Shown: positions 39,796 to 49,955, numbered from the stretch's first letter. The stretch: DNA of 64,000 nucleotides from an uncultured Methylomirabilota bacterium (GCA_963705305.1 OY970067.1:2656001-2720000), one strand, 5' to 3'. Numbers and translations: made by a program. The notes: generated from the letters alone by a model not told the origin.

Positions 39796-41661
39796 ATGCA
39801 AAAAACAATGCGAAGGCGCGGCACCAGCGGGCTGGCCGCGCTCGTGGCAGTCCTGGTGGTGGCGGCGTGGGGAGGGACGGCCGGTGCGCAGGAGGCCGCC
39901 TACGGCACGGCGGCTGCCGAGATCGCCGGGAAGATCGCCCAGGCCTTCCCCGTGGTGGAAGGCCAGGTCATCGGACTGGAGAAAGAGCGGGTGCTCCTGG
40001 ATCTCAGCGCCAAGGACAAGGTGATCCCCGGGCTGGAGCTCCAGGTCTACCGCGCGGGGGAGGTGTTCCGCCACCCCTATACCGGCCAGGTGCTGGGGCA
40101 GCTGGACCGGGACGTCGGCCGTGTGCGCATCCTGGAGGTACATCCGAACTTCTCGGCGGCCGAGATCATCCAGCAGGCCGAGGGGACGATGGTCCAGCAG
40201 GGGGATCATGTCCGCGTCACGTCGGCGCGCGTGATCCTGGCCCTCCCCAACGTGGACGTGACCGACGTGGCGGGCGCCAACGCCCGGTCGATCACCCGGG
40301 ACCTGCTGAACGCCCTGATCAGGACCAACCGCTTCGAAGTCATGACTGATCAGCGCATCCGCGGGGCGCTGGCCGCCGCGAAGGTGCCCAACCCCGACCA
40401 GTTCACGGACCCGGCCGTGCTGCAGGCCCTGTGGAAAGAGCTGCACGTCTCGGCCGTCCTCCTGGGGAAACTGAGCCTGCTGGAGAAAGGGGTGCAGTGG
40501 GACGTCCAGGTCCTCTCCACCGTGCGCGGGGACTCCATCACCCTGGCCAGCGCCCAGGCGCCGGACGTGGCGCCGCGGGCCGCCGCGAACCCGGGGAGCG
40601 AGTCGGCCGCCAATTCGGAGGCGCCCCAGATCGACCGGATCTCTCTGGCGTCCCAGGATCTGCCGTTCCGAGGCCAGGCCATGGCCATGGGGGACTTCAC
40701 CGGAAGCGGCAGCATGCAGCTGGCCATCACCGATGGGCAGCGCGTCTATATCTACGATCTGGCCAAGGAGGGGATCAAGCAGATCGGGAAATACGATGGG
40801 GCCGCGTCAGACAATGTGATCGCGCTGGATGCGGCGGACATCAACGACAACGGCGTCGCCGAGCTCTTCGTCACCAACTTCACGGCGGACAACGGGCTCC
40901 GCTCCTACGTGCTGGAGTACCGCGGCGGTAAGTTCGTCAAGATCCTGGAGGACGTGCCGCTGCACTTCCGGGTGCTGGAGGGGGCGGACGGCACGCCGCG
41001 CCTATATGCCCAGGGGGGCACCCTGGACAAGCCTTTTGACGGCCCGGTCCGGAGGTACACCTGGGTCGGCAACAAGTACGTCCCCGCCGAAGTGGTGCCC
41101 CTCCCCAAGCAATCGAATATCATTTACGGGTTCACCCTGGCCGACCTGGATGGCACCGGGGCCCCCAAGATCGTCCTCCTGGACGGGCACGATTATCTGA
41201 GGGTGTACGATCGCGGCGGGACAGAGATCTACCGATCGAGCGATCATTACGGGGGAACGGAGCAGGTGCTGGAGGCATGGCCGGAGGGAGGCAGGCAGGG
41301 CTCCTTTGTCGACTTCCAGCCGACTCGCATGTACGTCCAGGGGCGATTGTACTTCGGGGATATCCTGGGGAACGGGAAGAAACAGCTCATCGTCCCGCGC
41401 AATACCCCCTCCACGGGATATGCGTTCAAAACGCGGCTGTACGACAAGGGGAAGATCTTTGGCCTGAGCTGGGACGGCATGGCGATGCAGGACGTTCGGG
41501 AGACTCGAGAGCTCCCCGGCTACATCGCGGACTATGCCCTGGTTGACCCGGACGGCTCCGGAGATCGAAGGCTGGTGCTGCTGGTGGTCCAGACGAACCT
41601 GTTGGGGATGGAGAAGAGCCGGAGCATGGTCATTATGCTGGCCCTCAAACCCCAGGGCTGA
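39796..41661 (+). CDS. Exported protein with FG-GAP/VCBS-like repeats
   Basis: Signal peptide plus repeated D.[FIL][NDT]G.G..E/KI motifs (GDFTGSG, ADINDNGVAEL, ADLDGTG, VDPDGSG). Confidence 0.8.
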   Translation: MQKTMRRRGTSGLAALVAVLVVAAWGGTAGAQEAAYGTAAAEIAGKIAQAFPVVEGQVIGLEKERVLLDLSAKDKVIPGLELQVYRAGEVFRHPYTGQVLGQLDRDVGRVRILEVHPNFSAAEIIQQAEGTMVQQGDHVRVTSARVILALPNVDVTDVAGANARSITRDLLNALIRTNRFEVMTDQRIRGALAAAKVPNPDQFTDPAVLQALWKELHVSAVLLGKLSLLEKGVQWDVQVLSTVRGDSITLASAQAPDVAPRAAANPGSESAANSEAPQIDRISLASQDLPFRGQAMAMGDFTGSGSMQLAITDGQRVYIYDLAKEGIKQIGKYDGAASDNVIALDAADINDNGVAELFVTNFTADNGLRSYVLEYRGGKFVKILEDVPLHFRVLEGADGTPRLYAQGGTLDKPFDGPVRRYTWVGNKYVPAEVVPLPKQSNIIYGFTLADLDGTGAPKIVLLDGHDYLRVYDRGGTEIYRSSDHYGGTEQVLEAWPEGGRQGSFVDFQPTRMYVQGRLYFGDILGNGKKQLIVPRNTPSTGYAFKTRLYDKGKIFGLSWDGMAMQDVRETRELPGYIADYALVDPDGSGDRRLVLLVVQTNLLGMEKSRSMVIMLALKPQG

Positions 41662-42003
41662 CGGGTGCCGGCGGCGGAGGGCCGGTCCCGGTGTTCCCGC
41701 GGAATCCAGCGGCGGCCGTGGGCAGAGGGAGGGGAAGAGGGTGTTTGTCTGCTCTATTCAAAATCCTAGAAAAAAATGGTTGACAACGGCGAACGGTGCT
41801 TGATAAGGTTCGGCCCGCTAGCTGACCTTTTAAATCGCGGGCTTCAAATATCACGTGCTGTTATCTCGATCACTGGATGGACAGCCAAGAGCGCTGCCAG
41901 CCGCAAAGGGGGGATGTGCAAAGGAGGAGCGACGCTTTCTCGGGGTGTTACCGGAAGATCCACAAAGATCGAAAGCATCAGGCTTGCAACGGAGGGTAAC
42001 CTA

Positions 42004-43710
42004 ATGAGAAAGTTTTTGTGGGCTGTGGGCGTGGCGGCGTTCGTGTTCGCCATGACCGCGCCAGCTTGGGCGATGGACTTCACATTCTTCGGGCAGACCC
42101 GCGTCCGCTTCTTCGACCTGTCCGGGGTTGGCTTCGACAGCTCCCAGACCACCAACCCGGGCAACAACCCGCGCGGCGCTGAGGTTCGGTTCCGGGCGGG
42201 CTTCCAGGCCAGTGACGACAACGGGAACGTCCAGGGCGTCCTGCGGATGCGGATTGGGAACGTGGTGTTCGGCTCGGGCGGCGGCACGCAGAACCCGAAC
42301 AACACGGCAAGCGTTGCCAACGACTCCAACGTCCTCACCTCGGGCGCCGCGGTCTCCACGACCAACTCTGGCGGCGTGTTCTCCGGGGCCCGCACCGGCT
42401 CGAGCTCGGGCGGCGGCCTGGGCACCCGGGGCGTCAACGAAGAGACGGAGTGGGCGTACCTCGACTTCAAGGTGCCGTTCATCGACCTGCCCCTTCGCCT
42501 GCGGTCCGGGCTCATCCCCTGGTACCTGCCGAAGGGCATGATCATCGACGACAACGCCGCGGGCGTGCAGGCCTACGGCAGCTCCGGGATGTTCACCTAC
42601 CGGATCGCGTGGTACCGGCTCGAGCAGGAGGCCCGGTTCGCGGGTAGTTACGTCCGGACCGCCCCGAACGGCCTTGGCTGGGCTTCCCGATACCAGGCCG
42701 GCACCATCGACGACAGTTACGACGTGTACGAGGCCAAGCTCGACGCCAAGATCGCCGACTGGCTGAACCCCGGGCTGTACTTCGACTACGGGGACAACCG
42801 GGACAACTGCGTGGCGGATCGGTCCATGGGCATAGCCAACGGCTGCCCCGGCCAGGACCGGATTCGGCCCAACTGGTTCCTGGGCTTCACCGACACGGGC
42901 AAGATCGGGATCGCCACGTACGACATTGACTTCATCTACGGCTGGGCCAAGGGCGGTATGGGCGGCGACTTCGTTCAGGGCTCCATCAACGGCACCTTGA
43001 GCGCGGCGGAGCAGAGCGCGACCGGAGCTGCCCTGTGCACGGGGACTGGCCCGGTAGGCACGACCTGCCCGAACTCTGCCACCCCGATCACCACCCGGGG
43101 TTATGCGCTTGACGCCGGCATCCACATCCCGGTGGGGCCCGTCACGTGGAGCGTCGTGGGGTCCTACGCCACGGGTGACAAGCAGAACGGCAGCACCACC
43201 AGCGACGCCTTCCCCGGCGGCTATTCGCCGGCGTGGAACGGGCCGGGTGGCGCATACCAGATCCTCGGTAACGCCGGCCCGTGGTTCGACATGATGACGA
43301 TGACCCAGTCCTCGATGACCGGCCTGTGGACGCTCGGCACCTACTTCGACTACAACCCCGTGAAGGCGATGAGCGTCCGGTTGGCCTACGCCTATGCCGG
43401 CTTCACCAGCAAGAACGCCAACTGCGCCACCTACGTGCCGGGGTCGATCGGGTGCTACGGCCCCCTCTACTTCGGCAGCGGGTTTGTCGGCAATGCGAGC
43501 GGCATTAGCATTGGTGGTGACAGCGGTACGTTCGCAAAGCAGGGATCCGGCGGTCTGGCCGGGGCAAGCGCCCTGGGGCACGATCTCGAGGTGTTGAGCA
43601 TCTACCAGCTCTACACCGGGCTCAAGATCATCGGCACCATGGCCTGGATGGTCCCCACCCACGGGGATGTGGCCGCGAAGTACGGGTTGTCGTTCCAGTA
43701 CGACTTCTAA
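42004..43710 (+). CDS. Putative outer-membrane beta-barrel porin
   Basis: Signal peptide (..APAWA), alternating aromatic beta-strands, C-terminal LSFQYDF, strong SD and its own terminator. Confidence 0.78.
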   Translation: MRKFLWAVGVAAFVFAMTAPAWAMDFTFFGQTRVRFFDLSGVGFDSSQTTNPGNNPRGAEVRFRAGFQASDDNGNVQGVLRMRIGNVVFGSGGGTQNPNNTASVANDSNVLTSGAAVSTTNSGGVFSGARTGSSSGGGLGTRGVNEETEWAYLDFKVPFIDLPLRLRSGLIPWYLPKGMIIDDNAAGVQAYGSSGMFTYRIAWYRLEQEARFAGSYVRTAPNGLGWASRYQAGTIDDSYDVYEAKLDAKIADWLNPGLYFDYGDNRDNCVADRSMGIANGCPGQDRIRPNWFLGFTDTGKIGIATYDIDFIYGWAKGGMGGDFVQGSINGTLSAAEQSATGAALCTGTGPVGTTCPNSATPITTRGYALDAGIHIPVGPVTWSVVGSYATGDKQNGSTTSDAFPGGYSPAWNGPGGAYQILGNAGPWFDMMTMTQSSMTGLWTLGTYFDYNPVKAMSVRLAYAYAGFTSKNANCATYVPGSIGCYGPLYFGSGFVGNASGISIGGDSGTFAKQGSGGLAGASALGHDLEVLSIYQLYTGLKIIGTMAWMVPTHGDVAAKYGLSFQYDF

Positions 43711-43727
43711 GCCACAGCGTTTGACGG

Positions 43728-43761
43728 AAGCCCCAGGGGAGCGATCCCCTGGGGCTTTTTT
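43728..43761 (+). terminator. Intrinsic terminator of the porin gene and intron insertion site
   Basis: AAGCCCCAGGGGA-GCGA-TCCCCTGGGGCTTTTTT. Confidence 0.9.
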
Positions 43762-45606
43762 GTGCGCCCAGCATGGGTGCTGACTAGGAGGTGCAAGTCC
43801 TCTGGGGACTTGGTCGCAGGGACCCAAGCGAACCGCAAGGTGACGCCCGCGAGGGCGGCGCTGAAGGAAGCGGGGAGCGCACCCGCGAGCCGACGAACAG
43901 GAACCGGATACGAGGCGACCTCGCCCAGGGCGAGCGGGCAAATGACCGCGAAGCTCTCGCGACCAAGGGGCGGGGCCGTAAATCCGGCGGGTGTGCGGGG
44001 ACGGCCAGCATTCTTACCTGGGGAGATCTCCGCCTTACGCCTGAAAGGGCGACGCCACCCGGTGGCGCGAGAAGTCAGCCGCGGCCATAGTAGCCCAGTC
44101 GGGCGAAGGGCCAAACGGAAGGGAGAGCGCCACGACCGTGAGCCTCCAAGACGCCACGCGCCAGATGGCCAGGCAACTGGAGCTCCCGTTCGGGGGAAGG
44201 GGTGAAACCCCGACGACCGGGCGGAGCGGCGAAGCGTCGCGGGCGGCGGGCGGCGCCGGACGCTCAGGGACCGACCACCGGATGGAGGCGGTGGTCGAGC
44301 GCGGCAACCTCCAAGCGGCGTTGAAGCGCGTGCAGCAGAATCAGGGCAGTCCGGGCGGCGACGGGATGACCGTGGACGACCTGCCCGGGCACCTGCGGGC
44401 GCACTGGCCGACCCTCAAGGCCCAGTTGCTCGCTGGGACGTACCAGCCCCAGCCGGTCAAATGGCAGCCGATCCCGAAGCCGGGCGGCGGGGTGAGGAAT
44501 CTCGGCATCCCGTGCGTGCTCGACCGGTTCATCCAGCAGGCCATCCTGCAGGTCCTGCAACCGTGGTTCGACCCAACGTTCTCCGAGCACAGCTACGGCT
44601 TCCGGCCCGGCCGCCGGGCGCACGACGCGGTGTGTGCGGCCCAGCGCTTCATCCAGGCCGGACGGCGGTGGGTGGTGGACGTGGATCTGGAGGCCTTCTT
44701 CGACCGCGTGAATCACGATGTGCTGATGGGACGGCTGGCGAAGCGGCTGGCGGACCAGCGGCTGCTCGGCCTCATCCGACGCTACCTCGAAGCCGGCATC
44801 CTGGCGGAGGGGGTGGTGATCGAACGGTACGAGGGCACGCCGCAAGGCGGGCCGCTCTCACCGTTGCTGGCCAACGTGCTCCTCGACGAGGTGGATCGGG
44901 AGTTGGAGAAGCGGGGGCACGCCTTCGCGCGCTACGCGGACGACTGCAACGTGTACGTGCGGTCCCGCCGGGCGGGGGAGGATGTCCTCCGGACGCTCCG
45001 GCGTCTGTACGCCAAGCTCCGGCTTCGGGTCAACGAAGCGAAGAGCGCCGTCGCGCGCCCGTGGGACCGCAAGTTCCTGGGCTACAGCTTCTGGGTAGCG
45101 CCGGGGCGCGAGGTCAAACGGCGGGTGGCGCCAGCGGCCCTGGCGACGCTGAAGGCGCAGGTGCGGGCGCTGACGGGTCGGACTCGCGGATGCAGCCTGA
45201 CCAGAATGGTGGCGGAGCTGCGCGGGTACCTGCTGGGCTGGAAGGCCTACTTCCGCCTCGCAGACACGCCGGGGATCTTCACGGCCCTCGACCAGTGGCT
45301 TCGACGCCGGCTGCGCATGGTCTACCTCAAACAGTGGAAGCGCGGGACGACGGTCTTCCGGGAGCTGCGGGCTCGGGGCGTATCCGAACTCGTCGCGGCC
45401 CAGGCGGCCGCTCACGCTCGCCGCTGGTGGCGGACCGCGCACCAGGGCGCCCTTCAGCTCGCCCTGCCCACACAGCACTTTGACCGGCTGGGGCTGCCAC
45501 GGCTTGCCGGTTGACCTCAACCTTCTGAACCGCCGGATACGGGCCCGTACGTCCGGTGGTGTGGGAGGGGAGTAGCAGGGGATTCCCTGCTACCCCCTAT
45601 CCCGAT
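43762..45606 (+). mobile_element. Group II intron, class IIC
   Basis: 5' GTGCG follows the terminator directly. Short domain V GAACCGCCGGATACGGGCCCGTACGTCCGGTGGTGTG, domain VI ending CCTATCCCGAT, and an internal RT ORF. Confidence 0.93.
44138..45514 (+). CDS. ltrA: Group II intron reverse transcriptase/maturase (no endonuclease domain)
   Basis: IPKPGGG.R.LGIP...DR, SYGFRPGR, GTPQGGPLSPLLAN, RYADD, FLGYSF and domain X GWKAYF. Confidence 0.96.
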   Translation: MSLQDATRQMARQLELPFGGRGETPTTGRSGEASRAAGGAGRSGTDHRMEAVVERGNLQAALKRVQQNQGSPGGDGMTVDDLPGHLRAHWPTLKAQLLAGTYQPQPVKWQPIPKPGGGVRNLGIPCVLDRFIQQAILQVLQPWFDPTFSEHSYGFRPGRRAHDAVCAAQRFIQAGRRWVVDVDLEAFFDRVNHDVLMGRLAKRLADQRLLGLIRRYLEAGILAEGVVIERYEGTPQGGPLSPLLANVLLDEVDRELEKRGHAFARYADDCNVYVRSRRAGEDVLRTLRRLYAKLRLRVNEAKSAVARPWDRKFLGYSFWVAPGREVKRRVAPAALATLKAQVRALTGRTRGCSLTRMVAELRGYLLGWKAYFRLADTPGIFTALDQWLRRRLRMVYLKQWKRGTTVFRELRARGVSELVAAQAAAHARRWWRTAHQGALQLALPTQHFDRLGLPRLAG

Positions 45607-45715
45607 TGATGATCGAACCAGAGCGACTTTGTGGTTGGTGGGGACCGGTCGATGTGCTAGTCTCAAAATCGGAGGTGTCCCCGGCCGATGACACGAAGCC
45701 TGAGGGTCACTGCTC

Positions 45716-46381
45716 GTGACTGATCCCCGGCAGGTCATTGATCGGCCCCGGCTCCCTTTCAAGCTTCTGGGGGGCGGCCTGCTGATCGGCTTGGGCGCGC
45801 TTCCGGTTGTGATCATGGCCGATCACAGCCTGATGAGGCTCGTCCAAACATGGCGCTGGCCGGGCCTGCTGGAGGCGATGCAGCTTTTCACCCGGCTGGG
45901 GTACGGGGCCATTGACATCGGGGGTCTGCTGGCAATCGCGCTGATCGGGTGGTGCGAGGGCAAGGCGAGCATCCGTGCGCGGGGCCTCTGGGGAGCGGGG
46001 ACCGTGGCGGCCGCCGGCATCCTGGACCAGATCGTGAAGAACATCGCCTGCCGGGCCAGGCCGTCGGCACCCGGCGGCGGGCTGTTCTTTGCGACGTTTC
46101 CGTGTTTCCCGGCGTCCTACGCCTACGCGTCGTTCCCCTCGGGGCATGCCACGACGGCCTTCGCAGCCGCGGTCATCCTGGCCGCCTGGCATCCGCGGCG
46201 GGCAGGGACTTTCCTGGGCGTGGCCGCCCTGGTCGGGCTGTCGCGGATCGTCCTGGGGGCGCATTTTCCCTCTGACGTGCTGGCGGGAGCGTTGTTGGGC
46301 AGCGGGACCGCGCTGGCGGCCTGCCGGTCTGTCCTGGCCCTGCGGGGGGCCGGGACGTCCGCCCGGGGAACCACCGGCTGA
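45716..46381 (+). CDS. PAP2 family membrane phosphatase
   Basis: K....RARP, SFPSGH and SRIVLGAHFPSDV motifs. Confidence 0.92.
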   Translation: MTDPRQVIDRPRLPFKLLGGGLLIGLGALPVVIMADHSLMRLVQTWRWPGLLEAMQLFTRLGYGAIDIGGLLAIALIGWCEGKASIRARGLWGAGTVAAAGILDQIVKNIACRARPSAPGGGLFFATFPCFPASYAYASFPSGHATTAFAAAVILAAWHPRRAGTFLGVAALVGLSRIVLGAHFPSDVLAGALLGSGTALAACRSVLALRGAGTSARGTTG

Positions 46382-46412
46382 GGGCGCGGTCGCCCCCGAG
46401 GAGGTGCGGAAG

Positions 46413-46991
46413 ATGAAGCGCATGGGCACGATTCGCCTGGGATTGCTGCTCTTCCTGGTGGGCGGCCTGGCGGCCTGCGCCGGAGCCGTCGGACCCCTGC
46501 CGCCGAACGCGGAGCAGTTCCCGTACCCGCCGCCGGGGTTCGCCCATCGGGTGGCCTCCCCCGCGGTGGAGCTGTTCTGGAACTGCGCCCGGCCGGCCCC
46601 GGACACCCTGGAGGTGGCGGGGCTCGCGTTCAACCCGTGGTCGGGAGAGGACATTCAATTCCTGAAGTTCGACCTGGTGGGAGTGGATGCGAGCGGGCGC
46701 ACCGTCTCCGAGGCCACGGGGATGGCGCGGGACCTCAGTGTTGGCACCATGGACGCCACGCCCTTCCAGCTGACGCTGCAGACCGCGGGGACCGAGACCC
46801 GCTTCGACCTGTTCTACCAGTACCGCTACCAGGAGCCCGGGGATACCGGGGGCGGCGGCGAGCGCAGCTCCCTGCCGGCCGGGGCGCTCCCGGTGCGGCT
46901 CGCGGCCGCCGGGCCGCTCCTCCTGGCCCAGGTGGTGCAGCCGCTCGTGGTGCGGGATGTGTGCGCTGAGACGATGCATCGGGCGCGGTGA
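46413..46991 (+). CDS. Hypothetical lipoprotein
   Basis: GGAGGTG SD and LAAC lipobox; fills the gap between PAP2 and the ArnT-like gene. Confidence 0.7.
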   Translation: MKRMGTIRLGLLLFLVGGLAACAGAVGPLPPNAEQFPYPPPGFAHRVASPAVELFWNCARPAPDTLEVAGLAFNPWSGEDIQFLKFDLVGVDASGRTVSEATGMARDLSVGTMDATPFQLTLQTAGTETRFDLFYQYRYQEPGDTGGGGERSSLPAGALPVRLAAAGPLLLAQVVQPLVVRDVCAETMHRAR

Positions 46992-47000
46992 CGACGGCCC

Positions 47001-48818
47001 GTGAGCTTGCCTGCCGGCAGTCCGCCTGCCTTTTCCCGGAGAGAGGCAGCAACCTTTCTCGTGCTTCTCCTCGTGTCCGGGGTCCTCTTCTTCTTTCGGC
47101 TGGGGACCCCCGGCCTCTTCGATGCCGACGAGCCGGCCTACGCGCAGGCCACACGGGAGATGCTCCGGTCGGGGAACTGGATCACCCCCCACTTCAACGG
47201 GATTCCTCGCTTCGACAAGCCCATCCTCTTCTATTGGCTGATGGCCATCGCCTACCGCGTCTCCGGCGCGAGCGAGTTCGCCGTTCGCTTCTGGTCGGCT
47301 CTGGCCGGGGTCGCCCTGGTTCTCATGCTGGCCTGGGCGGCCCGGCGCTGGTTCGGGCCGCCGGCCGATCTGTGGACGGGCGTGGCTTTCAGCACCTCCA
47401 TGCTCACGACGCTCCTGGCCCGTGCCGCCGTCACCGACATGCTGCTCGTCCTTTTTGTGACCGGGACGATGCTGGGCGGAATCGAGGCCCTGGCGGCGCC
47501 GGAGGGCGGGGGGCGCGGCTGGGCGCGTGCCGCCTGGCTGTCGATGGCGCTGGCCGTGCTGGTCAAGGGTCCGGTGGGGATGGTCATCCCCGGAATGGCT
47601 TTCGGGGCAACCCTCTGGCTGCTGCGGGAGATCCGGCCGGGGCTGCGCCGCCTGGTCCCCTGGGAAGGCCCGGTGCTGTTCGCGGCCGTCGCCGTCCCAT
47701 GGTACACCGCGGTCTGGGCGGCCAACGGATGGAGCTTTATCCAGGGATTCATCATCAAGCATCACCTGACCCGGTTCACGGGGGTCATATCGAGCCACGC
47801 CGGCCCGCTGTGGTTCTACCTGCCGGTCCTCCTGGTGGGGTTCTTCCCGTGGTGCGCGTACCTGCCCGGCGCCCTGTGGGAGGTCTGGCGCCTGGCCCGG
47901 CGGCGCGTGGCCGGCAGGGCGGCCGACCGCCTGGTGCTCACCTGCGGCTGCTGGGCGGCGGGCGTCTTTGTGTTCTTCTCGCTGGCCGGGACCAAGCTGC
48001 CCAGCTATGTGTTCCCGGCATTCCCGGCTCTGGCGCTGCTGGTGGGGGCCTGCGGAATGTCAAATGGCAAACTGACAACGCAAAACCGGTCAGCGGAGAA
48101 AGGCGTTGACCGGTTGTCGGTTGTCAGTTTTGAGTTTTCCATTGACCGGGAGGCCTCGCCACCCGGCTGGATCGCGAGCCTGTCCCCGTGGCTGCTGGGG
48201 GTCACGGGGTTCTCGCTGGCCGCGGGGTTCGTCCTGCTGCCATTCCTTTTCGATTCGCTCAGGCCGCTGGCCCGGGGGGTCCTGGACGGTGTGCCGCCGC
48301 CCAGCGGGCCGGCCTGGGGAATCGCCGGCCTGCTCGCCGCGGGGACGGCTGCCGGCCTGGCGGTCACGGGAATCCGGCGCCGCGCCGTCCTGGCAGCGAT
48401 GATGGTCGGGCTGCTGCTGGTGGCGGAGGTTGCCGTGGCGCCGCAGGCCTATGCGATTCTGCAGGGACGCCTCCGCCAGTTCTCGGAAGAGGCCCGGCGC
48501 GCCTTGGGGCCCCGGGACTCCCTGGTGGTCTATGGACTCAACGCGCCAAGCATAGTATTCTATGCCGACCACCGGGTCGTCTCCATCGGCTCGGGCTCTC
48601 CGGAGGGAGTGGCTCGCGTGCAGGGCCTGGTGGAAAGCGGCCGGCGGGTGATGGTGATCGGCCGCGCTGCGGAAGCCCGCGAGCTGGATCGGGTTCCGGG
48701 GTTGTTCCGGTGGGAGGTTGCGGGCGGGTATGCCTTGTATGCCTCCTGGCCCCGAGGGGAGGGGGATAGCGCGGGACCGGGTCGCCGGCGAATCTCCAGA
48801 GGCAGCGGGTTCGGATGA
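47001..48818 (+). CDS. ArnT/GT39-family membrane glycosyltransferase carrying an in-frame palindromic insertion
   Basis: DADEPAYA...REM, P.FNG..RFDKP.L.YW, KGPVG and TKLPSY motifs. Confidence 0.9.
   Translation: MSLPAGSPPAFSRREAATFLVLLLVSGVLFFFRLGTPGLFDADEPAYAQATREMLRSGNWITPHFNGIPRFDKPILFYWLMAIAYRVSGASEFAVRFWSALAGVALVLMLAWAARRWFGPPADLWTGVAFSTSMLTTLLARAAVTDMLLVLFVTGTMLGGIEALAAPEGGGRGWARAAWLSMALAVLVKGPVGMVIPGMAFGATLWLLREIRPGLRRLVPWEGPVLFAAVAVPWYTAVWAANGWSFIQGFIIKHHLTRFTGVISSHAGPLWFYLPVLLVGFFPWCAYLPGALWEVWRLARRRVAGRAADRLVLTCGCWAAGVFVFFSLAGTKLPSYVFPAFPALALLVGACGMSNGKLTTQNRSAEKGVDRLSVVSFEFSIDREASPPGWIASLSPWLLGVTGFSLAAGFVLLPFLFDSLRPLARGVLDGVPPPSGPAWGIAGLLAAGTAAGLAVTGIRRRAVLAAMMVGLLLVAEVAVAPQAYAILQGRLRQFSEEARRALGPRDSLVVYGLNAPSIVFYADHRVVSIGSGSPEGVARVQGLVESGRRVMVIGRAAEARELDRVPGLFRWEVAGGYALYASWPRGEGDSAGPGRRRISRGSGFG
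48059..48146. repeat. Heptamer-periodic palindromic element, copy E, inside a CDS
   Basis: GTCAAATGGCAAACTGACAACGCAAAACCGGTCA ... TGACCGGTTGTCGGTTGTCAGTTTTGAGTTTTCCATTGAC. Confidence 0.85.
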
Positions 48819-49804
48819 AACAGCTGGAACGCTACAACGGATTGTTTGATGTCGTTGCCGCCGAGTTGCAAGCGGTCGAGAATCGCTTGTTGGCCCCCGT
48901 CCAGGAGGGGTCGGTTCTCTTGTCCGTGGTGGCGAGGTACGCGCTGGCCTCGGGCGGGAAACGGATCCGTCCGGCCCTCCTGCTGCTGGCGGCCCGGGCC
49001 TGCGGCGGCGATCGGCAAGATCGCCTGGTCACCCTGGCCTCGGTGGTCGAGGTCATGCACGCGGCCAGCCTGATCCACGACGACATCGTGGATCACGCCG
49101 ACATACGTCGCGGCCGGCCATCTGCCGCCGCGCGCTGGGGATCGGATGTCTCCGTCCTGGTGGGGGACTTCCTCTACTCGCAAGCGATCCAGACCTTGGT
49201 GGCGGACCAGGACCTCCGGGTGCTGCGGGCCTTTGCGGACGCCGCGGTGTCCATGAGCGAGGCGGAGATCCTCCAGCTCCAGTTCCTGCACGACCTCAAG
49301 ATCGGCGAGGAGGAGTACCTCAAGATCGTGACCGGCAAGACGGCGGCCCTCATGTCCGCCGCCTGCCGCGCCGGGGCGCTGGCCGCGGGAGCTCCGGAGC
49401 GGATGGTGGACGCCCTGGGAGCCTTCGGGTTGAATCTCGGCATCGGATTCCAGCTGGTGGACGACGCCCTGGACTACAGCGCCCGGGAAGAGCGGCTCGG
49501 CAAGCCGGTGGGCAGCGACTTCCGGGAAGGCAAGATCACCTACCCGGTGATTCACCTGCTGCGGGTCGCGGCTGCGGAGGATCGGACGACGGTGGAGCGC
49601 CTGGCTGGACAGGAAAGCCTGGCGGACACCGACCTAGCCATCTTGCGCCTCCTGGTAGAGCAGTATCAAGCCGTGCCGGCCACGATGCGTCTGGTGGAGG
49701 ATTACCTGATGCGCGCCCGGAAGCAGCTCGCACTGGTGCCGGACTCTCCCGCCCGCCTCGCCCTGCGCCGGCTGGCGGATTTTGTTCGCGAGCGCGATTG
49801 GTGA
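48815..49804 (+). CDS. Polyprenyl diphosphate synthase (IspB/HepT-like)
   Basis: GGKRIRP, HDDIVD...RRG, KTA and FQLVDDALD motifs. Confidence 0.94.
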   Translation: MKQLERYNGLFDVVAAELQAVENRLLAPVQEGSVLLSVVARYALASGGKRIRPALLLLAARACGGDRQDRLVTLASVVEVMHAASLIHDDIVDHADIRRGRPSAAARWGSDVSVLVGDFLYSQAIQTLVADQDLRVLRAFADAAVSMSEAEILQLQFLHDLKIGEEEYLKIVTGKTAALMSAACRAGALAAGAPERMVDALGAFGLNLGIGFQLVDDALDYSAREERLGKPVGSDFREGKITYPVIHLLRVAAAEDRTTVERLAGQESLADTDLAILRLLVEQYQAVPATMRLVEDYLMRARKQLALVPDSPARLALRRLADFVRERDW

Positions 49805-49814
49805 GCAGCCAACG

Positions 49815-49955
49815 GGGGTTCGACGTTCACGGTTCGACGTGCTGCGGTGGGAAAGGTTCCAGAGCGGACCTCCGCCACCAGGCCTGGCCGCCCAACCTCG
49901 GGCTTTGAACCTGTAACCGAGAACCTCGAACCTTGAACAGTCAACCTCGAACCCC
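49815..49955. repeat. Heptamer-periodic inverted repeat, GAACC(T/C)-type variant, upstream of lepA
   Basis: GGGGTTCGACGTTCACGGTTCGACG ... TTGAACCTGTAACCGAGAACCTCGAACCTTGAACAGTCAACCTCGAACCCC. Confidence 0.7.

Noticed and set aside
41820..42003. c-di-GMP riboswitch in the porin leader
   Set aside because: GCAAA words are present, but the GEMM two-hairpin consensus could not be built by eye.
44138..45514. RT as a retron or defence-associated RT
   Set aside because: It sits within clear group II intron boundaries and has a maturase domain X.
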